From contig OX337241.1 in NCBI GenBank assembly GCA_946965045.2, forward strand, positions 2,542,001-2,606,000: a stretch of 64,000 nt of DNA, written 5' to 3'. How positions within the stretch are numbered: position 1 is the first letter of the stretch; each line of letters opens with the position of its first letter. Below the pieces are notes generated by a model that was not told the origin of the DNA, made no database searches, and saw only the letters and a list, made by a program, of their open reading frames with translations. The position numbers and the translations under genes were made by a program. This DNA comes from Epithemia pelagica (Eukaryota; Protista; Bacillariophyta). Positions 10,587 to 21,626 of this stretch are shown here, piece after piece.

Positions 10587-12800
10587 ATGGCATCCCAAGA
10601 CTCCTCCCGCAAACGCCATGGCATCTTCTTGGAGCAGGTTCGTACCAAGATGACTGCAATGGATGAGCCAGAACACAACAAAGGGAAGATGTTATTAGAA
10701 ACGTTGCGTCAAGATGATGCGGCACTGGCCAAGCTCCTCGGAAGCAAAAGCGAGGGAATGCCTGACGCTCTCAAGGAGATCTTGCCAGCATCCGAATGGA
10801 AGCTCGATGATAGCTCTATTGAAGCCATAAAAATAGCTCAGAAAGTCCAAAGCTTTAATTTTGACAAGGACTCCATTTGGAAGGAAGTGATGGGTGAGGG
10901 AATCATAATGAATGGCAATGAATCGGTCTTGTCCCGCTTCAAGAAACAAGGTTTTTGCCAGTCTGCGGCGGCATGGTCCAGGAATCCAATCCCCCTGATA
11001 ACGGAGCAACTACGAGGTGGAAACCCAAAGACTCCCTCCTACACTGCATTTTCGGGGGCTTCTGGTTCCGGCAAGACCAGCACCATGCTGTGGACTGTTC
11101 GTCAACTGGAAATGGAACGGGTGCTTCCAACAATGTGCCTCAAGTTTTATCTTTCGTGCAATGTACCAGAGGATCTTTATAGCTATGTCTCTGACTAGCT
11201 CAGAGTATATTTGGACAAGGCGATTCAGGCTGGTACTTCCAATACCCTCGGGTTTGGCGACTTGGTTACTCAACGGAAGGCCACGACATTGGTTCTGGTA
11301 CTCGATGAAGTCCAAAGTGGATTGGATCACAAAACCTATAACGCTCTCCCGGGTCAACTGGAGCAATTTCTGCAATTTCACAGAGTTGTGCTGCTGGTCG
11401 GTTCCACAGCCTTTTCCCAGGAGGTCTTGAGGCAACCTACTGGAGGGTCAGAAGTTTGGAACATTCGGATGAAGCCAGTAGACGAAGCAAATATGCCGTC
11501 GCTTCTTCAACACCATCTTGGTCGACTGCAGCCCAAGATCACTTCGTTGGGGGCACAACTCTTGGACCAAATGCCAGTCCTGTTGGACCTCATGTCCAAT
11601 CATCGGTGCGCCTACTTTTCGGCGCTCGTGCTCACGGAGTTGTTGGGTGGTGAAACACCCATGGAGTCGTTGCCCGATGGCTGGGGCGTTGGACACAGTG
11701 CCTCCCTTGTATCCATGGTAGCATGCAAGTATCGCGCGAATGGCGGATTGAGAAACAAACCGCAAAGCGAATGCCAGACTCTCATGCTGGAGTCCTTAGC
11801 TTTGGTGGTATCACAAACTGTCATTCCAGCCAATGAGGGAGTGGACAAGAATCCTGCGAAAGGGAGCCTCGCGTGGCTATCCAAACAAGTGATTGAGGTA
11901 GGATTAGTGGAGCGGGCGATCCTGCCAGATGAGCAACTATCCAACAAGAAGAAGGACAAGGTGAAAGTGGATGGTCCCTATGAATTTCAAATGTCTCCCG
12001 CATTGACACTGATATGTGTTTCATCCATTCTACCATGGATTGGAGGGATATCGAATGCAGCACATCACTTTGAAGCATTGGTTGCAACGTTGATGGTGGT
12101 AATGCGATACGCACAGACGAACAGAATCTTTCATGTCCGTCGCTTGGATCAAGCTGTTCCCTACAGTGGAACTGATGAAGACGACCACCTCTTGTATCAT
12201 CCAAGGATTTCCATTGACGAGAAATGTGTCATCAATGGTACCCAAGCACCTTACAGTGACCTCATTGTTGCACATGTCCCAAAGGATAATGTGCTTCCCA
12301 CTGCTGTCAGCGCCCTTGCGAAAGGAATCGCTGATTCTCCAGGTGTTGGGGCTTTTCCGGTGGATCACATACTCGTTCAGTGCAATCTGACAACGAATGA
12401 TACTGCCGACGTTACTCCACAAGCCGAGCTCGCCAAGATGGGACTCGTTGTTTGTAAAGAGGGTAAATTGACTAGTCCGGAACCTGCCAAGTCTGGATTC
12501 CCACAAGACTCCCGGCAGTACCAACAATACCGGAGCGGGCGATGGTTGACCAATACTTGGGTGAAGAACAATCGACCGGAGGACAAGATTTCAGTTGTGT
12601 TTGCGACCAACAAACGGTTCACAGACGGTATTGACACTACAAGTTTGGCCCATGTCACAATGATGGAAGCAGACCGGCGTGAGAAGTGCTATGCCTGGCA
12701 ACAGCTATATCCAATCATTCAACTTGTTCGCGACGACGAGACAATCCAAAAACTCACCAAAGAAACCGGGAGACAGAAAGTGGATGTAGGGGAGATGTAG
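10587..12800 (+). pseudogene. P-loop NTPase + PD-(D/E)xK-like nuclease (Crinkler/CR-effector-type NTPase-REase architecture) interrupted by one in-frame TAG at 11196-11198
   Basis: Walker A GASGSGKT (11055-11078) is in ORF 10434-11198 and Walker B LVLVLDE is in ORF 11211-12800. The two ORFs are in the same frame, separated only by TAG. C-terminal FEALVA...INGTQAPYSD...LVQCN...ELAKMG resembles an REase fold. Confidence 0.6.
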
Positions 12801-13543
12801 GAAGAAACGAGTACAAATACAAACGAAGCCACGGATTCGTACCGTCATTGCATGCATCTACCGTGACAATCATAATGCCTCTATCCCTTTTGTACCTTGT
12901 GTAGTTTAGGTGCAAGTTATAATCGATACTTAACTTCTTTAATTACCTGCCACTGTACCTGTAATGACGACAGATTGCTGAGAGATGGGCAAGTTCCAAA
13001 ACTGTGTGCGGGAGCCGGAAAGTTTGGCAAATGAAATGTCCCATGAAGTTGGACGGAAAGTAAGAGCCCAAGTAATGTTGATCCGAAACAGAGCCTTCGA
13101 AAGAAACCTGTACTCTGCGTATTGTGGATTGTGGCAATCGTACATTCAGCTTGATCGCTCTCCCTTTCCTCTGCTAGGTAGGTACTGTAGAGCTGGGCTC
13201 TTTCTTACTACCAGAGAGCCCTATTAGTAGCCAAGAGGCTCGCCCTGAGCATGCCCATGCAAGGTGGTTGGTAACTGTTCTTGTTGGTTTCGCTGTAGAA
13301 GAGAGTATAGTAATGAAAATGGAACCTTCACTGGAGAAAATGATTTCCACGTGAGGATCCACTGGGGTGCACTGTTCTTGTAAAATGGCTATAAAGATTA
13401 AGAAGAAAAGTAGTATACCTAACGTTGTTAGCATGCAACAGGTGGCGTGTGCGAATCGAATGGATAATGTCGTTGTCGGAAGCGGCACGCGAGTATCATA
13501 TTTCTATGCGAGAAGAAAGCCGAGAGAGTTCCAGGGGAGCGCG

Positions 13544-15931
13544 TTACACTTCGGCAATGCGATGCATGTCCGAAACAGCGGTGTACTCCAATTCCATTTC
13601 GTCACGACTCGTGACTCCAATTTCATCTTCTTCCATATCACCACCATCGTCGTCGTCATCGCTTGCGGCCTCTGCCTCGTCCGTGCTGGATTCCGACTGT
13701 TGCTCTTGTTGTTGTTGCCGTCCCACGGCAGTCTTTTCCAAAAAGCATTCGTCCGTGGCACAATTGACATATTCCACCAGGGCGGTCAAGGATGGTTGCA
13801 CAGTTTCTTGTGCGACACGGCCATCCATTTCCCCGCGACTCACGGCATCTTCCATTTGTTTCAATAACCGGCGGGCCAAAAACTTGGTACTGGAATTGGG
13901 AATCACATTGGTCAACCCACTGTCCATGGCATTGGCCGTGTTGGTGTCGTTGTCGTTGGGGAGAATTTGCTGCTTCAATTGCTGTTCGGCATCGACCAAC
14001 ATTTCCGAGGCCACGCGGCTACCCAAGACGGCACTGGCCAAGGTCCCATCTTCACAGGCAGCCAAGACGGTATTGTAGGTCAACACATTGGGAAAGACCA
14101 ATCGGGATCGCATCCGTTTCAACCATTCGTAGGCCATGTCGGGTTGTTTTTGTCCCTCGGTTCCCACGACACAGGCGGCAATCGCGGTCGTGTAGGAAAC
14201 CACAGTGGGTTCGACTCCTTCCGACAACATGGACAAGATGATACCTTCACACGCGGCCATATTGCCCTGTTTGGCCAATCGTTTGAGGGCAATGTTGAAG
14301 GTGATAATGTTTCCTTCGACATTGTGTGTCTTTTTCATGGCATCCAAAACTTGTAAGGTCAAGTCTTCTTCATTGCAAATTTCACACGCGTTCATGACCG
14401 TGTTAAAGACGGACAGGGGCGGCATGTCGGCCGATCTTTGTTCGTAGGCGGCCACCCATTGCAACAAGAGGCTGGACGCCTTTTTGCTCTTTTCGGCCTT
14501 GGCACAGCAGGTGACGACATTGCGCCAAATCCAGGGGGATGGTTTCAAGGATCGTTCCAACATGAGCTCCAATACCTTGACGGCCAATTTCCATTGCTTA
14601 TCTTGGACCGCCCGGTTAATCGCCCGTTTGTGAATCAAGGTCGAGGCTCGTTGTGCCATGGAACTGTACGAGGCCACCAACACATCGCCCTTGGAAACTG
14701 TCGGTTCCTCCTCCTCAACGTCCTCGTCCTCATCTTCGTCATTTTGGTGGTAGGGTTTGGTAACCGACACTTTTCCGGCCGCCGTCAACAAGCGGAGTCC
14801 CAATCCGACATTGTCCATTTGTTCCGAGGCAATGATACCGCACGCCAACAAGTGTCGTCCATCGTCAATGGAGGCTACCGTATCGAGATCGTATCCCGAG
14901 GCTTTGGCCAATCCCAAAATGGCCGGAACTTGATCGGCGTAGGTAGTCGTCGTCGTAGTGTCATCGTCCTGCGTGCGTGTGGTGGTGGTGCTGACGGCCG
15001 CTTGTGCCGTGGCGGCAAAGGTGGCCAAGGCCGGAGTTTCCGATTCGTCATTGACAACGGTCCGCAACAAGGAAACGGCCGCCGTCAAGGATCCTTCCTT
15101 GGCCAAAGCGGTGACGAGTTTGTCGTAGGTTTCCAATTGAATGGGCGTCTTGGCTTGTCGGAGGGCGGCCAACATGGCCAAGGCGGTATCCAATCCACCA
15201 AATCCTTGATGCGTACTTTGCGGTCCCTCGTAGCCCAAACAATTGCGAATGCAATAGTTGCCAGCCGTTTCGGAAATGCCGTAGCCCTGTTCCACGAGCA
15301 ATTCCAACAATTTGCGCACGGGTTCACTGGCCCGTGCTCCTTGCAGTCGATGATCCATGCACACTTGCAAGACACAGGCAATGGTGGATTCCTCCACGAC
15401 GGGCACGAGTCGCGAATAGCGTTTCAATTTGCGCAAGGCCGCCTTCCAATGTCCCTTTTGCACCTTGTCGTCCAATTCGTTCAACAACTGTTTGGCTTCA
15501 AAGTCGGGATCGGATTCATCGACAAACTGAACCCGTATCCGATTCAATTCGTCGTTGTCGTTCGGGAGACAGTCATTGTCCATGTCGTCGTCCGATGGTG
15601 GTACCAGACATTCGTCGTCGGCGTCCACAGCTTGTTTGAGACGACTTCGCAATTGACCCGTCGTACCGGCCGTGGACAATTGCAAGTGTTGCAATTCGGC
15701 TTGCAATTCCCGAAAGGTTAATTTGGAAATCACATCTACCGTAAGGGCGGCCGAGGAAGTGGTTGTTGTTGTTTCGTCTTGTTGTGGTTGTTGCGGAGGT
15801 TCCGAAATGGAGGACGCTAAAAACGTACTACGAGTCGACCGATGGGGAGGCACCGACACCAAGGGGGCCCAGGCATGGGTGCCACTCACCACCAATCCCC
15901 ACAAGAGACCGACGGAACGTTGTGTTCTCAT
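13544..15931 (-). CDS. Plastid-targeted SAP-domain + pentatricopeptide repeat (PPR) protein, 795 aa
   Basis: Signal peptide ending THA-WAP (ASAFAP-like). SAP motif ISKLTFRELQAELQHLQLSTAGTTGQLRSRL. PPR units VFNTVMNAC, IITFNIALKRLAKQG, VVSYTTAIAAC, VLTYNTVLAAC. Confidence 0.88.
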   Translation of the reverse strand: MRTQRSVGLLWGLVVSGTHAWAPLVSVPPHRSTRSTFLASSISEPPQQPQQDETTTTTSSAALTVDVISKLTFRELQAELQHLQLSTAGTTGQLRSRLKQAVDADDECLVPPSDDDMDNDCLPNDNDELNRIRVQFVDESDPDFEAKQLLNELDDKVQKGHWKAALRKLKRYSRLVPVVEESTIACVLQVCMDHRLQGARASEPVRKLLELLVEQGYGISETAGNYCIRNCLGYEGPQSTHQGFGGLDTALAMLAALRQAKTPIQLETYDKLVTALAKEGSLTAAVSLLRTVVNDESETPALATFAATAQAAVSTTTTRTQDDDTTTTTTYADQVPAILGLAKASGYDLDTVASIDDGRHLLACGIIASEQMDNVGLGLRLLTAAGKVSVTKPYHQNDEDEDEDVEEEEPTVSKGDVLVASYSSMAQRASTLIHKRAINRAVQDKQWKLAVKVLELMLERSLKPSPWIWRNVVTCCAKAEKSKKASSLLLQWVAAYEQRSADMPPLSVFNTVMNACEICNEEDLTLQVLDAMKKTHNVEGNIITFNIALKRLAKQGNMAACEGIILSMLSEGVEPTVVSYTTAIAACVVGTEGQKQPDMAYEWLKRMRSRLVFPNVLTYNTVLAACEDGTLASAVLGSRVASEMLVDAEQQLKQQILPNDNDTNTANAMDSGLTNVIPNSSTKFLARRLLKQMEDAVSRGEMDGRVAQETVQPSLTALVEYVNCATDECFLEKTAVGRQQQQEQQSESSTDEAEAASDDDDDGGDMEEDEIGVTSRDEMELEYTAVSDMHRIAEV

Positions 15932-16398
15932 TTTTCAATTCTTTTCTGTCAAGATCGATATTGTGGTGGTTGTTATTGCTTGTCGAAACACAAAGCTGTT
16001 CCTCGTTTTTGTAGCAAGAGTTGGATACGTAGGGTGATGATGATCAGGGTGGTGATGACGAGGGACTTGATACGATGATGCAGATTTGGTTAGTCACAAC
16101 CTGCCATGGCTCTGTTGTTCTCGTTCGATGGGTGTCTCTCTGCGTCGTGATGAGTTGGTTCGGTGATGGTTGCGTTGTGGTGATGATGTCATTCCATCCG
16201 ATTTTTCCGATTGGCGGGCCACGTTCGAATTCGGTACCGACAGTTTACTGACAAAGTGACAGACATTTTATTTATACCGACAAGTGACTGACATATTTTT
16301 CGGTCAGTGAACCGGGAAGAGCGACCATGGTGTGTCACACCCCGAGAAAACTTTTGGAAGGAGAACGACGCTTTTTTTTCGTTTGTGGTTTCATCAAA

Positions 16399-19033
16399 AT
16401 GGTACAAGGACTTGGCTTTCTCTCCAAAAAGGTATGTGTCCCTGGAGCTTGTGGTGTGTAGAGAGAATGTGGTTCTGGTTCTCTTGTAGTGACGGTTTGC
16501 TCTCCAAACTGTGGTTTTGGGGAAGAAGAGTTTCACGGCCAAACAAACAAACCTGCACACACGCTCTCACAAGGTTTCGTTTCCCTCTCTTTCTCTCTTG
16601 CGCATGACGTCTCTTTTGGGTGGCATGGTGGATCTTCTGGTTTTGGGACAACGTCTCCTACGATTGTACATCCTACTATGCTATTGTTAGTCGTGGCATG
16701 TCAAGAACATTGCCAATCAAGAAAAGGTATGGTTGGCCGAACAACGACAGGCTCAAGAAGCGGCCAAGGCGGCCGAATTGGCCAAACAAATTCAACAAGA
16801 ACGAGAACAAGAAGAATTGAATCAAATTGCCGGCAAGGCGTCGTCGGCCATGGATCGAGGAATTGATTGGATGTATCAGGATCAACAGGGCGGTGGTGGT
16901 AGTTCGGACCAAGCAGCCGCCCAAGAAGCGGCCGCCCAAGAAGAATACTTGTTGGGCAAGGAATATATACCGTCTCATACAACGACCACGGCGGCCGCCG
17001 ATGCACCGCCCGTGGGGGATTTTGTTCAAGCGGCCGCCGCAACCACCACACCGTCCTGGGCTGCCACTACGACGACGACAACCACCACCACAATGGCGGA
17101 CCAGGAGGATGGCAAACCAGCCGCCAGCCCCAACGAACCACCACCACCACAAGCCTCGGTACCATCATTGGACCCTCCCATGATGACATCTGTCGAGGCT
17201 CAAAATCGAGACTTTTTTCTGCGTCATGAAGATCCCATGTTTGCCGTCGCCCAAGCGGCGCATCAACAACACAAGGAACACACGGCCAAACGACAATTGT
17301 TGGAACGTGTCACGGGTCAACACGTTCAAGTTGTGCCGCGCACGGACCACAAAAACGACACGAATGACACCCCGAAATCCGATACCCAGGAAAACGAACA
17401 AGACGATCGTCGGCGTCGGGAGCGAAGTCGGAAACGAGACAAGAAGAAGCAAAAGAAAAAGAAGAAACGGAAGAAGCATCATCGTCGTCATGGACGAAGA
17501 CGGCATGATCGTGAGGATGACGACGAGGACAGTCGTGGTAGCAGCAGGAGTAGCCAAAGCTATTCGAGTGAAGAAGAAGACAGCGAGTATGATCGTCGAT
17601 CCAGACGACATGGACGACGAGACAAGGATGATGAAAACGAAGAACCACCACCAAGGAAACGACCACGATCTCCAAGTGTTCAGGAAGGAGACAGCAAGCC
17701 ACATTCAGATCGCGCCCGAAATTACCAACGTTCCGAACAAAGGCACTCGGATGTGCGGAACTGGCGGAAAACGGACAAGGAACCAGAGAGAGGAAACGAG
17801 GAACGTCGTCATCCAAGACGAGGGAGGAGTCGCTCACAAGAGGATCGTGCTAGAAGGACTCGAAGTGATTCGGAAGAAGGCCGTCACAGACGGCGGAGAA
17901 CGAGGAGTCGTTCACCAAAAGAGGACCGAAGAAGGAGTAGGAGCCCCTCGCAAGGTCGTCGTGACCACCCAAACAGATATTCTTCAGAGCGTCAGCAATA
18001 CGAACGAGACCGAAACTATTCCCAAGAACGCAATCGTCGTGACCGTAGCTTTTCCCAGGAACGCAATCATCGTGAACGCAGCTACTCCAGGTCACGTCAC
18101 GGGCGCAGCTATTCTCAAGAACGCAATGACCGAAGAAGGAGTTATTCTAGAGAATATGAGAAGGTGAGGGGCGATGACCAAGACCATCGTCGTAGGACGA
18201 CAAGGGGCCCTGAGCATGAGGATGAGTATCGAAAAGCTCGTGGCAAAGATCAGGATGCTCCTCGCCGTAATCACGAGCAAGATCGACATGGGCACGCTCA
18301 TACAATGCATCGACATTCTCATCATCGGGGAGACGCTGACTTTCACAATAATCGTCCAGAGCGATTCGATCATCACAAGGATGGCAGGTATTCTAGACGA
18401 GATGGCCACCGGAGGGACCGTAGTCATTCTCCTCCTGTCAATAGGAAAAGACCTCGATCAGACGAGGAACCAAGTATGTCGCGACAGAAGAAGGATCCGA
18501 ATCGGGGTAATCCAGAGCGAGCGAATAACTATGATGAATATGGTCGATTGCGAAAGACGGCCCCACAAGAGGATGTGACTCAAGATCGAAAGAGTGAAAA
18601 TTCTCACAAGTACCAATCCAAACCTCAAGTGCCAGAAGACAAGGGAGCCCCACCCAAACTTGCTGGATATGGCTTGCAAGGAGAGAAAAAGACTAATAGC
18701 ACAGGACACGATGGCTATCTCGGTCCGGATCGAACCTTGTTGGAACGTAAACGAGAAGCCCGTCATGCCGAACGTGCACAGCGGTATGCGCAAAAGACGA
18801 ATCGATCCTACCGGACACGAGAAGAACGTGAACAAGCACTGGCAGACATGCAGGCCCATGCTCAAGACCGACACCAGAGACGTGAGCAGCAGCAACAGCA
18901 AGACCGTCGTGTGCCCGACGAGTCCAGTCAGGACGACAAGCGATCTACCACTACGGCATCCTTTCTGTACGATGTGAATCGACAAGTACACGGAGCTTGG
19001 ATGGCAGAGAAAGATCGCCGTCGACAGTCATAA
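16399..19033 (+). CDS. CWC25: Pre-mRNA splicing factor CWC25; join(16399..16431,16691..19033), 791 aa
   Basis: Splicing GTATGT(16432)...TTAG(16690) restores the diagnostic N-terminus MVQGLGFLSKK|SWHVKNIANQEKVWLAEQ. Also IDWMY, EEYLLGK, EDPMFAV, a long RS/RD-rich tail and a C-terminal EREQALADM. Confidence 0.92.
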
Positions 19034-19119
19034 ACATCAGGTCTACGACTTGTGCTGTCGGTGTGATACAAAATCTTACGTGATGCGGAGTTGAATTCAA
19101 CCCGTTATTGAGTTATTCG

Positions 19120-19410
19120 TTCGATATGTTTCAAGTGTCATTGAGTTCGAAGCAGGAAATCAAAAGGACTTGGTCAAAACAGAGACAGGTCTAAGATTTC
19201 CCGATATCATGACTCCGATATGTTGCACACGTCACTATATAAAGTACCACCAGGGGTCTCTTTTCCCCTGGTCCTCCTTCAAAAACAGAATCTTCCGTTT
19301 CAAAGGTTCGCATAAAGGCATCTCGAAGCCTGGAAGATGAAGCAATACGTCTATCGGGCAAATTGACGCTTGTCTCATATGATCGCCGCGTTTTGATGTT
19401 AAGCGAAAAA
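19120..19410 (+). repeat. Dispersed repeat A, copy 1 (homologous to 23255-23595)
   Basis: Shared blocks GTTCGAAGCAGGAAATCAAAAGGA, GGTCAAAACAGAGACAGGTCT, ATCTCGAAGCCTGGAAGA, AAGCAATACGTCTATCGGGCAAATTGA. Confidence 0.85.
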
Positions 19411-19646
19411 ATTTGCATAGTTGATCGCGGTTTCTTGGGTGTACTATACAAGGCCATTCGGACGAGATCGGTAGAGACTTTGTGTCGGGCTCGAACGCCA
19501 CTCATCTCGTATTCTTTGTGATGGACAGCCGCATACAAATCTTCTGGCTGTTGAAAGAGCCTCATCGACGCCATTCGCTCTTCTTGGCTGCTTGATGTTT
19601 CCCCAAGCTTCTGTTGACTCTTAGGCACAAAAAAGGCCGTCATCAT
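19191..19646 (-). CDS. Hypothetical 151-aa ORF, partly overlapping dispersed repeat A
   Basis: ATG-initiated ORF with no recognised domain; the 3' half is homologous to 23255-23595. Confidence 0.25.
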   Translation of the reverse strand: MMTAFFVPKSQQKLGETSSSQEERMASMRLFQQPEDLYAAVHHKEYEMSGVRARHKVSTDLVRMALYSTPKKPRSTMQIFSLNIKTRRSYETSVNLPDRRIASSSRLRDAFMRTFETEDSVFEGGPGEKRPLVVLYIVTCATYRSHDIGKS

Positions 19647-20284
19647 GAAGACAATCGAAAAGAGACAGGTCCGTCATTGTATTCTATTCGGAACTGAGTG
19701 GTATTCAAATTCAATTTCGCGTTGCTCCGCACGAAATTTACGATGGCTTTCTTAATACATCATAAAGCAGAACAGTGGAAATCGCAGCCATCTGAGGATT
19801 ACTTAACGACTACCGTACTAATTGATAATGCACTTCGATAGGATGATTGCAAATACAGTTTCTTCTAGTTGTTTCTATGTACAAGAAGTTTGTAAGACAA
19901 ACAAGCGGCAGCACCCTCTCCTCAAGTTGTCTTGAATTTAGCGTGCAAAATCAACGTATCTGAGTTGTTGCAGGGAATTCGTTGCTAGGGTTGAAGAGAT
20001 CGAAGGTGTTGATTGCAATAACCATTTGAAAATCGGATTTTACCTGAACACAATATCTAAATAATCATTCCATTTTCAATTATAATACATATATTTTTGT
20101 TTTGTTTTGTGCCTCGTGGGCAGGCCTGGCGGTGAAGGCCGTGTATCTTTCACACCCCTTTAAACATACATTGCACGGGCGGTTGCTGCCATCGATCGAT
20201 AATAGCTACCGTGGTTGGCCGCAAACGATAGCATTAGACTTGCAACCCAACATCTTACGAAACTAAAAGTATTCTTTCAGGCGA

Positions 20285-21626
20285 TCAGGCCAGCAAAAAG
20301 AAAGCAGCGGCGAGGGGAAGGGTAATAGTCATGCCGGCAACAAAGCCGGATGCCGAAGACTCACCATCCAATGAAGCGGGATTCTTATTCTCTGGTGCAG
20401 CAGTAGCGTCATCTTCGGGAGGATCCGGAATATCTTCTAGCCCAATCAATTCCCATTCGCAACTTTCGATGGTGCCAGGGGTATTGGTGTATTTTATGTC
20501 CAAGATGGACCAATCCGCTGGATTCGCAGGACACGACAAGCCTTTGCACTGAGGGAATTGTGCGTAGTAGACAAATAAGTTTCCCGCTCCACTACTGGAA
20601 AGTCCAACGCATGTGACTTTCATGGTACCAAACTCCAAGAATTGGTAGTTTGGCTGGGTTTCGCAGTAGGCTTTCCTCTTAGCATTATTCTCCTGCCCCT
20701 CATCGCAGATTATGTCGAGATCCATCACAATGAAAGTATCATTGCCGGACATCCATTGAAACTTGGGCGCATTTCTGCACTCGGGTTCGCTACTTGTGAT
20801 ATTTACCCACTCCTCGTCGGCGGCTCTCAAAGTAGGGAGAGCGTCGATCTGATCGATGCATTCTTCCGAGAGATTGTCGGGAACGATGGCGTCCGCGAGG
20901 TCAACTGTTGGTTCTTCCCCCTCCTCCAAGAATTCCGTGACGCAGGTCGTGGTATTGCCGCCACGCAGAAACAAAAACTCCAAAACATCTTCCGGTGACA
21001 ACTCGGAATCGGAAGGACACGACGGGTCCACGCACTGGACAAAGTCATAGGTGTAGATTAATCTCGGAGCGGGTTCGATGTCGGCGGGGTTTGGTGCGCA
21101 TGTCACTTTGACATTCGGAAACTGGACGGATTGATAGTTGGCGTCGCAAAAGGCGAGGTACGCGGAGTGATCGCAATCCCTTCGGTCAGCTACAAAGGCA
21201 ACGGTGCCATCCTGGTTGGTATTTCGAACAGGGCAGGAAGAAGCGACAGATGCATATGTGGTATTGTATCTGATATCTTCGAGCCACATTCGTTTGGTTC
21301 CATCGATACACTCCTGTGAAAGGGTGAGCTCGGCTCGTCGTCTCGAGAGGGATTTCTCATCAACATCTCGGATGAGATCGGTCTCCGACAAACTTTGGAT
21401 CGTCCTTGGGTAGGAACGGTAGGATTTCAACCCCCCCCCCCCCCCCCCCCCCACAGCTCGAAACTGATCAAACAAGGTAAGACTCGGGATCAATGAAGTG
21501 TTCTATTGAAATGTTGCCCCTTGGGAAACGTACCTCTTCCTTTAGGTCCTCTTGAAGCAAAACAAAAGTCCCATGGCTAAGTGTTCAAAGCGTCGCCAAG
21601 ACAAGAGTACAAGAAGAAAGTTTCAT
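20285..21626 (-). pseudogene. Secreted, probably GPI-anchored Cys-rich protein with two internal 6-Cys repeats; join(21626..21534,21463..20285); TGA at codon 14 (21587-21585)
   Basis: Exon 1 MKLSSCTLVLATL*TLSHGTFVLLQEDLKEE, GTACGT donor at 21533, TGATCAG acceptor at 21464. Repeats LSQECID...MKVTC-like...QC..SCP occur twice. C-terminal SSASG + hydrophobic tail FVAGMTITLPLAAAFFLLA. Confidence 0.75.
21431..21452. repeat. C22 homopolymer (G22 on the coding strand, poly-Gly)
   Basis: 22 consecutive C, located 11 nt into exon 2 of the GPI-protein gene. Confidence 0.9.

Noticed and set aside
12943-13488. Two in-frame minus-strand ORFs separated by one TAG (possible small secreted pseudogene)
   Set aside because: No recognisable domain or paralog; could be chance.
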